NCBI GenBank assembly: GCA_963749915.1
Contig: CAVVOP010000008.1
Span: 64,001-128,000 of the forward strand
Direction: 5' to 3'
Origin: an uncultured cyanobacterium
Lineage (GTDB): Bacteria > Cyanobacteriota > Cyanobacteriia > Cyanobacteriales > Cyanobacteriaceae
DNA length: 64,000 bases
A program made the translations under genes and the position numbers. Under the pieces are notes generated by a model. The model ran no database searches and was not told the origin of the DNA. It saw only the letters and a program-made list of their open reading frames with translations. This document shows, piece by piece, positions 56,105 through 64,000 of this stretch; position 1 is the first letter of the stretch; every line of letters begins with the position of its first letter.

Positions 56105-58234
56105 TCAAGAATCCCAAAAGGTATCTACTTGATATTCTTCTATCTCCGCTTGTAAATCTTGGAAATAGTCACTTTCAGTAATTTTAGCTAGTTCTTCTGC
56201 CCGTTTTTGCTCATCGATTTCAATTTTTAATTCTGCTAATTGTCGTTGTATTTCTTGTTCTTTGAGTTTGCGCTCAGTAATATCTTGAATAATGCCTTCA
56301 AAATAGAGAATTTCACCATGACTATCCTTAACAATACGACTATCTTCTTCTACCCAGATGATACTGCCATCCTTACGATAGGCCTTATATTCCCCATCTT
56401 TTACTTGTCCTTCTTCAAGTAAACGGCGTTTAAATTCTTCTCGATCTTGAGGATTAAGATGAATCTGTTTACCAATATCGGAAATACTCGCAATCATTTC
56501 TTCGGGAGAATCATAACTATAAATTCTGGCCATAGCAGGATTGACCTTGAGATAATGTCCATCAAGGGAGGATTGAAAAATTCCTTCTAAGGCGTTTTCA
56601 AATATACTGCGGTAATTTTCCTCAGCAATACGCAGGGCTTCTTGTGCTCGTTTGCGATCGCTGATATCGAAAATTGCACCATCTAGGGAGACTAAACGAT
56701 CCTCATGGTCAAAAATACCCCTACCTTGTTCAGAAACCCAACGAATCTCACCTTTGTGATTAATGATGCGGTATTCAATCGTATAAAAGTTTTGATTACT
56801 TATTGCTTGATTAATAATCTTTTGCACTAACTCAACATCTTCAGAGTGGATAATACTAGCATAAGTGCGAACTTGGTTATGAATAAAATCTGATGCTGGA
56901 TAACCGGAAATATCAGTTATGGTTGCACTAATAAAATCCATAGTCCAATCGGCATCAAATTGACAACGATAAATTGCACCCGGGATATTCTCTACTAGAG
57001 TTCTAAAACGTTTTTCACTTTGTTCTAGTTTACGATAGGACAAAATTAAATTGAGCCAGAGAACATTGCCAATACTAATTACCGCAGCAGTTACTAAAGC
57101 TAACAAAGGGGTAAATAGAGGTACTAACCAACCAGAGAGAAAACTAAGGTAGGAAACAATAACAATAGTAATTGCAGTGATCAATAAGCTAGTAATCGTC
57201 AGCCAAGCTCGGCGTAGATAAAATAAGCTAATACTGCTACTAATTACTGCCCAAAAGAAGATTAAACCCCAATTAAAATACTTAGGAATTGCCCTGAGTA
57301 AAGGGCGACCGCTGATGGCAGCCCGAAGAATTTGACTGGCAATATTACTATGGATGACAACGCCAGGAACTAACTCTTTATTAGTAAACAGGGTATTGTT
57401 GGCGGGAGTTAGATAATTATCATTCAAACTAGGGGCTATTGGTCCTAATAACACGATGCGATCGCGCATTAAATCTTCGGGAATCCGATTTTCTAAGACA
57501 TCAGTCATAGAAATATGAAGAAAATGTTCTAATCCCCCTTGGTAATTAATCAAGATCTGATAACCTCCCATATCTTCTTGATTGTATTCCCCATCATGTT
57601 TTGATAATGGTACAAATTTGGCTTTTCCTAACCCGTAAATTTGTTGTTTTTGATTAATAGCTTCTAATTCAATATTTTCTCCTTGGAGATAGCTTAACGC
57701 CATTTTGACTCCTAACCCTAAAATGTTACTACCATCATCTTTTTTCAGTAAAACCGTACCACGTCGAATTTTGCCATCGTGATCTATAAATAAATCATTA
57801 GCGGCAACTTGTCCATGTTCTGCCAGGATAGGAGAAGGGGCAATCTGATTTCCGGCTACTTTTTGGACACCAAACAGATTGGGGCTATTTTCAAAAACTT
57901 TTACTAATTCTTGGTATCCAGGCTCAACGGGTAAATCCCGATAAATATCAATACCGATCACTCTCGGTTGTTGGGCTTGAATATTTTTAATAATTTGAGC
58001 CATCACGGCATCAGCCATGGGCCACTGTTTGACATGTTGAATATCTGTCTCGTCAATAGTAACAATAACAATACGCTGATCAACCCCTTCTTGAGGACGT
58101 AACTGGAAAAATTGATCTAAAGCTGCCCATTCTAAAATCCGAAACAGACCTATATAACTTCCGGCAATCAACAAACCAGAAACACAGGAACTAATTAGCA
58201 AAATATTTTTCAATTTTACAAAGTTATTAATCAT
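56105..58234 (-). CDS. CHASE2-3TM-PAS-PAS sensor with no recognisable output domain
   Basis: IVIVTIDETDI, IGIDIYRD, PGVVIH; two PAS/PAC (DISDRK, DITERK); short acidic helical tail. Confidence 0.88.
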   Translation of the reverse strand: MINNFVKLKNILLISSCVSGLLIAGSYIGLFRILEWAALDQFFQLRPQEGVDQRIVIVTIDETDIQHVKQWPMADAVMAQIIKNIQAQQPRVIGIDIYRDLPVEPGYQELVKVFENSPNLFGVQKVAGNQIAPSPILAEHGQVAANDLFIDHDGKIRRGTVLLKKDDGSNILGLGVKMALSYLQGENIELEAINQKQQIYGLGKAKFVPLSKHDGEYNQEDMGGYQILINYQGGLEHFLHISMTDVLENRIPEDLMRDRIVLLGPIAPSLNDNYLTPANNTLFTNKELVPGVVIHSNIASQILRAAISGRPLLRAIPKYFNWGLIFFWAVISSSISLFYLRRAWLTITSLLITAITIVIVSYLSFLSGWLVPLFTPLLALVTAAVISIGNVLWLNLILSYRKLEQSEKRFRTLVENIPGAIYRCQFDADWTMDFISATITDISGYPASDFIHNQVRTYASIIHSEDVELVQKIINQAISNQNFYTIEYRIINHKGEIRWVSEQGRGIFDHEDRLVSLDGAIFDISDRKRAQEALRIAEENYRSIFENALEGIFQSSLDGHYLKVNPAMARIYSYDSPEEMIASISDIGKQIHLNPQDREEFKRRLLEEGQVKDGEYKAYRKDGSIIWVEEDSRIVKDSHGEILYFEGIIQDITERKLKEQEIQRQLAELKIEIDEQKRAEELAKITESDYFQDLQAEIEEYQVDTFWDS

Positions 58235-58311
58235 TTCATCTACTTATCAGATAACTTCTACATTTAAATTTGATAATTCAACCCTAATCTTGACTGATTT
58301 CTGGCACAAAT

Positions 58312-59418
58312 CTAATTTTTCAGAAATTCTCCATATCCCATCACCTGTAATAACTTAATTTTGGCTTCATCTAATGCTTGTTGACTAGCTGGGAAATAGC
58401 CCACTTTGGTAATTTCCTCATTAACATGGGTCAGATAATAGTTAATAAATGCGGCTACTTGCGGTTTATTTTGAATAGTTTGAGGGTCTGAGTAGATAAA
58501 TAAAGGACGAGATAGAGGATAACTATGATTTTCTACGGTTTTAATATTGGGTTCAACTTTATTAATTGTCAGCAATTTAAGAGTATCTTGATAATTTTGA
58601 TAGTAAGCATAGCCAAAAAAAGCGATCGCATATTTATTATTACTAACTCCCTGAACTAATTCCTCATCATCAGCACTATATTTTGTGTGGGGAGTATGCA
58701 AAATTTTTTCTAAATTACCAGCAAATATCTGTTCCCCAAAAAAATCTAAAGTTCCTGAATCAAGATCAGGGACAAAACGTTGAATAACTTCATCGGGAAA
58801 CTTCGGATCAACATCTGACCATTTTTCCACTGTAAAAATTTTTGCTAGTTGTTCGAAGGTGACGTTTTTCAGAAAATCATTGTCAGGATGTACTACTATA
58901 GCTAAAGTGTCTGTACCAACTCGAAAGGCGATTGGTTGGCGTCCAATTTTAGCACAAGCTTCAAGTTCTTTAGTTTTAATGAGACGACTAGCGTTGGTTA
59001 CATCTAATTTTTTTTGTTGACAAAATAAGCGAAAACCACCCCCTGAACCAATACTATCAATTTGAGCTATTCCTGAGTAGCCATCACTAATAAAGCGTTG
59101 ATAAATTGCTTTGGTTAAGGGATAAACTGTGGAACTGCCGGCAACTAGCAAATTACCCTCAATTTCTAAAGGATTAATTTGTGGTAAAACAATCCCTAGA
59201 TTCTCTTTAGTTTGTGGTTTAGCTAATGATAAATTTAATGGCATTGAAATAATCGTATCTACATTAGCAGAGCTAGGCTCTGATTTCCAAAAAATATCTG
59301 GCATTTCTTCTTTTTTGAGTTGATCTTGTTGTTGTGGGTGGGAGGAAGTATGGGAGCAAGCAGTAACTATAAAAGTTATAGTAATCAGAACTAAATAATA
59401 AGAAAATCTTAATTTCAT
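58312..59418 (-). CDS. pstS: PstS-family phosphate-binding lipoprotein
   Basis: AGSSTVYP, GSGGG, NASR, SGTLDFF, YPLSRPLFIY; lipobox VTAC. Confidence 0.85.
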   Translation of the reverse strand: MKLRFSYYLVLITITFIVTACSHTSSHPQQQDQLKKEEMPDIFWKSEPSSANVDTIISMPLNLSLAKPQTKENLGIVLPQINPLEIEGNLLVAGSSTVYPLTKAIYQRFISDGYSGIAQIDSIGSGGGFRLFCQQKKLDVTNASRLIKTKELEACAKIGRQPIAFRVGTDTLAIVVHPDNDFLKNVTFEQLAKIFTVEKWSDVDPKFPDEVIQRFVPDLDSGTLDFFGEQIFAGNLEKILHTPHTKYSADDEELVQGVSNNKYAIAFFGYAYYQNYQDTLKLLTINKVEPNIKTVENHSYPLSRPLFIYSDPQTIQNKPQVAAFINYYLTHVNEEITKVGYFPASQQALDEAKIKLLQVMGYGEFLKN

Positions 59419-60899
59419 AAATCGACACTTAATTTGCCATTTCTGAATATTTCATTTTGGGGTGAGCTTTTGGCAACTCTAACCGCTTTTTGACGTTCTT
59501 CAATTAAATAGTTAATTTCTAAAGCTAATTTAGGATGCGTCATAATTAAATTGAGAGCAATATCAGCTTCAATCATAATTACCTGTGCGTCTTTAAGAAC
59601 AGTAACATAAAAATAACTAGGTTCTCCTTGTAAAAAAACGGTTTCACCAAATATATCTCCTGTGCTTAATCTGATAATTTCCTGTTCATCACCCTCGATA
59701 TCATTGAGCCATAACTTGACTTCCCCGCGCATAATTAAGTAAAAACCTGAAGCTGGTTTCCCGCTTTCAATAATCGTTTCGCCCATACCATAGTTAAGGA
59801 TAGTAGCCTGGTGAGCTAATTTAGGGATCTCATCATCATTTAAGAAATAAAAATATGGTAAAGAGCGTAAATAATTACTAATTGTTTCAAAAAGTAGAGC
59901 TTGTTCCTTTGCAACCTTATCATAAGGGACGTTATACTGCAATTGAATCGGTAGCGGTATTGTCAAACCTTGACGTTTAGCAGTATAGTAAATATTACTC
60001 ATTAAGTGATTATGAATATCCTCTACTTGCCGATAATTTTTCGTATAAAACTTTATTTCATAACTGATACTACAATCATTGTAGGATTTAGTCCTAATCT
60101 CAGGCTCAGGATCCCTGAGAATACCTTCAACTTTTAAGGCTATTTGTTTGAGTATATCTTTGACATAGTTAGGAGGATCGTCATAGGAAAATTGTACCAA
60201 AGCTTTTTCGGCATGGATAGGATCAATTAGAGTAAAATTATTAATGATATCTTTACCCAAAATTCCATTAGGAATTACGACAATATCTCGATCTCTGGTT
60301 TTGAGGCGTACCGCACGCCAATTAATTTCAATGACTTCTCCTTCCATACCCTGAACCAGAATCCAGTCCCCCACTTTAAAGGGACTTTCAAAAAGCAAAA
60401 GAAATCCTGAAACCAAGTTACTCAGCGTATCCTGTAGAGCTAAAGCAATAACTAATGAGCCTACCCCAAGAGCGGTTATTAATTGACTTAAATCGATCTG
60501 CCAAACACTACTTAAAATTTGAGCAGTTGCCCCTAAAACCATCACAGCACGAGCAGTATGAAAAAAGAGATTAGGTATGGCAATTTGCCAACTATATTTT
60601 TTAACTGTACAAGTAAAAATAACATTAAAAAAATCGAGAACTGTATAGATAACTATCAACCAAAATAAGGTTTCAATGGTTTGTAGGTATTTAGAGTTTT
60701 CAGAAACTTCAAAAACTTTTCTGAATAAAATCAAAATAGCTACACAAGGTACAAGCAAAAAACGCAAACTATGAAAACAATTAGCCAAAGGATTAGATTT
60801 TTTATTGAGACGTTCGACAATTTCTCCTAAAATAATTGTGATTAAGGGTAGGCCCAAGATTAAAATTAGACTCCATTTCCCAATTGATGTTGTTAACAA
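59415..60899 (-). CDS. MscS-family channel with C-terminal cNMP-binding-like domain
   Basis: ALALQDTLSNLVSG, PFKVGDWI, INWRA, IPN; FGE in the C-terminal domain. Confidence 0.9.
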   Translation of the reverse strand: MLTTSIGKWSLILILGLPLITIILGEIVERLNKKSNPLANCFHSLRFLLVPCVAILILFRKVFEVSENSKYLQTIETLFWLIVIYTVLDFFNVIFTCTVKKYSWQIAIPNLFFHTARAVMVLGATAQILSSVWQIDLSQLITALGVGSLVIALALQDTLSNLVSGFLLLFESPFKVGDWILVQGMEGEVIEINWRAVRLKTRDRDIVVIPNGILGKDIINNFTLIDPIHAEKALVQFSYDDPPNYVKDILKQIALKVEGILRDPEPEIRTKSYNDCSISYEIKFYTKNYRQVEDIHNHLMSNIYYTAKRQGLTIPLPIQLQYNVPYDKVAKEQALLFETISNYLRSLPYFYFLNDDEIPKLAHQATILNYGMGETIIESGKPASGFYLIMRGEVKLWLNDIEGDEQEIIRLSTGDIFGETVFLQGEPSYFYVTVLKDAQVIMIEADIALNLIMTHPKLALEINYLIEERQKAVRVAKSSPQNEIFRNGKLSVDL

Positions 60900-60920
60900 T
60901 GGTAATTTCTCCTTAATAAT

Positions 60921-63116
60921 TTACTCAAGATTAAAATCATCATTATCTAAATCAAAACTTAGATCTGCAATTAAATCTTTTAACCATTTTCTCTTCAATA
61001 CCCAAGTTTTGATCAGACCTTGATCTAAATAATTGATAGTTTTACCTAATTCAAAATCATAGGAATCCTGGAGACGCTCATGTAAGTTTTCACTCAGCAC
61101 TATGGTATTGTGTTCAGCTTCATTCATCAGCTTATGGGTAATGCTAACTGTATCACCCCACAGATTATAAACAAATCTATCATCGCCAATAATCCCTGTC
61201 ATTACTGAACCAGTATGTAAACCAATCCTAATACTTAGTGTCGTACCATGTTTATGGTTAAAGTCATCAATAACCCCTAAGCTATCTAAAGCAAAATCAA
61301 CGAGACGTTTCCCATAATCAAGACGTGGTTTGTTAAGCCCACAAACAGCAATATAAATTTCTCCTAATAACTTTAATCTTTCAACATCATATTTAGCTGC
61401 TTTTTGGTCAAGACTACTAATTAATTCACCAAGAATATGATTTAATTGATGACCATTAAAATGTTGATGTAAATGATTAATTCCCGTAATGTTAGCAAAC
61501 ATTATACTTGCTTGTTGCACATAATCAATAATACCATTTTCTCCTTTACGAAAACGTTTAACAAAAGAACTAGGCATTAAGTTTAATAATAGAGTTTGGT
61601 TTTCTTGTTGTTGTTGTTTTAGTAGTTCTGCTTGTTGCTTAATTTTCCCTCTAATCTGATTGACAATTTTTGCTAAATCACTAAATTCGTCGTGAGATTC
61701 AATCCTAATTTCTTGTTCCCAATTATCAGGATTAATATCTTGAGAACTTTTAATAATAGTTTTAATTGGTTGACTGAAATGGTTAGCAAAAGTATTAGCT
61801 AAATAAGTAATTAACAAAATCAAGAGAATAGTAATAATTAGGAGATACTTTTGTAGAACATATACAGGTTGATATGCTTGTGCTAAACTCATTTCCGCAA
61901 TAATTGTCCAATTAAGCCCTGGAATTGCCAGTGGCCCGTAGGAACTTAATACTTTAATGCCACGATAATTGTCAATGATTTTAGTCCCGCTATTACCGGC
62001 GATCGCTTCTTGGACAGCTTCAGTATTAACTTTTTGTAACAAAATATTTGTTTGTAATTGCCTAATTAAATTAATGGTACTTTTTGGAACGTTGTTGGAG
62101 TTTAAAGATTGCTCATAAGCAGTAGCATTTTCGACGAATAAGCGTGATGCTGAGCGCATGAGTAAATCTTGTGTCCCAACTAAATAGGTTTCTCCTGTTT
62201 CTCCTAACCCGTTTTCTTGCCAATTATTATTATTTGTTAATATCTGATTAATTTCAGTTACGGGTAATTGAATTGCCAGAATGCCAACAAAATGTGGCCC
62301 ATTATAAATAGGTGCAGCTATAAATGCGGCAGGCTGCATCAAGGAAGGATAATAAGGCTTAAAATCAACGAGGTAGGATCTACCTCGACGAGGATTTTCT
62401 CGAACTTTTTTGACAACTTCCGCGAGATTACTATTCTGATAAACTCCATCATCTAAGTTAGTAGCAAAATCAGGTTGTTTGGAGACAGAATAGACAATAT
62501 CACCGGTTTGATGGTTAATTAAAAATAAGTCGGAGTAACCAAATTTAGCGACTAGACTCCGAAAAAATGGATGATATTTGCTATGATACTTTCTATATAA
62601 ACTACCATCCTCTGTGTCGATTAATTGTTCTTTTTGACCCACAGGATTGGGATTTTTAGCAATATATTGATATTGTAAATAGTTAGCGGCTTGGGAGCGC
62701 GGACGATATATTTCCCACGTTGGCTGATTAACTGTTGTTTTCTCCAATTTTGACAAAAATTCTGCTTCATAATATTTGAAGATTTCTTGATCCCAGTCTT
62801 GAGGAAGCAACTGGTCTTGGGGAAGCAACTGCTGATCTAAAACACGAAAACTCTGATTTAATTCCACCATGGCTGCTACTACTGTCCGAGTTTCACTTAT
62901 AGTCTCGATCTGGTGGCTCAAATTACTAAAATAGGATTCAATTTGAAATGCTTTAGAGGTGCGATCGCTCGTTAATTGTTGAAAAATTTGATTCTTAATA
63001 GATTCTTTACTCTGACTACAACTGAGATAGCCGACTATGGCAATTGAGCCTAAGCTGATGGAGAGCAAAATTACCATCAGTTGCGATTTAATAGTTAGTC
63101 GATTCAAACCGAACAT
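60921..63116 (-). CDS. TM-Cache-TM-HAMP-class III nucleotide cyclase-like protein (degenerate active site)
   Basis: GLGETGETYLV, DEFSDL HAMP, LLLNLMP, RIGLHTG, WGDTV. Confidence 0.88.
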   Translation of the reverse strand: MFGLNRLTIKSQLMVILLSISLGSIAIVGYLSCSQSKESIKNQIFQQLTSDRTSKAFQIESYFSNLSHQIETISETRTVVAAMVELNQSFRVLDQQLLPQDQLLPQDWDQEIFKYYEAEFLSKLEKTTVNQPTWEIYRPRSQAANYLQYQYIAKNPNPVGQKEQLIDTEDGSLYRKYHSKYHPFFRSLVAKFGYSDLFLINHQTGDIVYSVSKQPDFATNLDDGVYQNSNLAEVVKKVRENPRRGRSYLVDFKPYYPSLMQPAAFIAAPIYNGPHFVGILAIQLPVTEINQILTNNNNWQENGLGETGETYLVGTQDLLMRSASRLFVENATAYEQSLNSNNVPKSTINLIRQLQTNILLQKVNTEAVQEAIAGNSGTKIIDNYRGIKVLSSYGPLAIPGLNWTIIAEMSLAQAYQPVYVLQKYLLIITILLILLITYLANTFANHFSQPIKTIIKSSQDINPDNWEQEIRIESHDEFSDLAKIVNQIRGKIKQQAELLKQQQQENQTLLLNLMPSSFVKRFRKGENGIIDYVQQASIMFANITGINHLHQHFNGHQLNHILGELISSLDQKAAKYDVERLKLLGEIYIAVCGLNKPRLDYGKRLVDFALDSLGVIDDFNHKHGTTLSIRIGLHTGSVMTGIIGDDRFVYNLWGDTVSITHKLMNEAEHNTIVLSENLHERLQDSYDFELGKTINYLDQGLIKTWVLKRKWLKDLIADLSFDLDNDDFNLE

Positions 63117-63261
63117 AAACTCTTTTCAAAAGAACAAAATGCCAGGAAAGATCTTAACTCAAAAATACTAGTAAAACTGCCACATTCCATGTTAAAAGAA
63201 TCCTATTGTGATCACAGTTTTTCAGCCATTGAAAAACACTTATTGTTGAGTATATCTGAAA

Positions 63262-64000
63262 TTAGTGCAATCTAACCAAAGGTTCATCGGAAAGTTTTTC
63301 TAGATCAACCTGTTCTAATAAATCATGCCATTCCATAATATAAGTCTGATTATCAGGTTCAGCAAGCTTTGCTTCTGCTAAAACTTTCAAAGTATCGTAC
63401 CAAATCCCCATTTTTCCATACTCAGTGGCTAATTTTACAGGAGAATCAGCTAATTGTTGGGAATTAACATTTGATTCGACCCGCTTAATCCATCCTGTCA
63501 CTGCATAGTTATTTGGTTTCAGTCTTCCTCCCGCTTCGATAGGTGCAAAGTACCAAAGGTAATATTGATCTTTAACTAAAGGTGCTATTTCTGGAGGTAA
63601 GGTCACCATGATCATTCCTCCCTGGCGAGGAACTTGTAATATGGTATAATAATGAGGATTACCATCTTCATCTTGCAGACTAAAGAAAACTTTTTGTGTT
63701 CCTAAAGGTGGCAAATAGGCAAATATAGTTGGATGGGCTAAAGTAGTACGCCCATTATTGGTGGAAGGGAGAATTGCTCTAAGTACTGGACTCTCAAGTC
63801 TTGGTGCTACATTAAGATTAGGATTTGATTGGTCATTTGGGATCGTAAGCTCAACATCCCCCCTAGAACCACTACCCACACTGCTATTAGGGTTAGAAGC
63901 ATCCCCAGGAAGCCCAAATTGTACATCCCCTCTGGAACCACCACCCACACTGCTATTAGGGTTAGAACTATCCCCAGGAAGTCCAAATTGTACATCCCCT
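63262..64000 (-). CDS. DUF928 protein with N-terminal 23-aa tandem repeats (5' end outside window)
   Basis: GGGSRG repeats, TTLAHPTIFAYLP, GWIKRV, GIWYDTL, WHDLLEQV. Confidence 0.85.
   Translation of the reverse strand, partial: GDVQFGLPGDSSNPNSSVGGGSRGDVQFGLPGDASNPNSSVGSGSRGDVELTIPNDQSNPNLNVAPRLESPVLRAILPSTNNGRTTLAHPTIFAYLPPLGTQKVFFSLQDEDGNPHYYTILQVPRQGGMIMVTLPPEIAPLVKDQYYLWYFAPIEAGGRLKPNNYAVTGWIKRVESNVNSQQLADSPVKLATEYGKMGIWYDTLKVLAEAKLAEPDNQTYIMEWHDLLEQVDLEKLSDEPLVRLH
63854..64000 (-). repeat. 69-bp coding tandem repeat
   Basis: ACATCCCC at 63854, 63923 and 63992; unit SSVGGGSRGDVQFGLPGDxSNPN. Confidence 0.9.

Noticed and set aside
63854..64000. Possible CRISPR-like array
   Set aside because: Whole 69-bp units repeat in frame with no unique spacers; no cas genes in the window

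Overview
AT-rich cyanobacterial chromosome segment. The HIP1 octamer GCGATCGC recurs roughly 25-30 times by eye; gene content is reminiscent of unicellular Geminocystis/Cyanobacterium-like strains (inference). The backbone is housekeeping and photosynthesis genes: ycf4, split-intein dnaE-C, psbDC, trpE, ccsA, rubA-ycf48-psbEFLJ, amt1 with NtcA boxes, cruG, tyrA, ftsH, ffh, cysK, gyrB, codA and aspC. Accessory or poorly understood parts are: (i) a V4R / phycobiliprotein-like / ferredoxin / TPR operon resembling Synechocystis slr0144-0151, with one frameshifted member; (ii) an N-ATPase operon truncated after atpD-atpC-atpQ, next to a dam fragment; (iii) a co-oriented five-gene signalling cluster (repeat-containing DUF928, catalytically degenerate class III cyclase, MscS channel with a degenerate cNMP pocket, PstS-like protein, CHASE2-PAS-PAS protein with no output domain), which is my best candidate for an undescribed system; (iv) many decayed IS elements (IS701, IS630, IS1182 x2, IS605 tnpA/tnpB) and several MITE families, one copy of which interrupts a candidate sRNA. 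No CRISPR array, tRNA or rRNA was seen.
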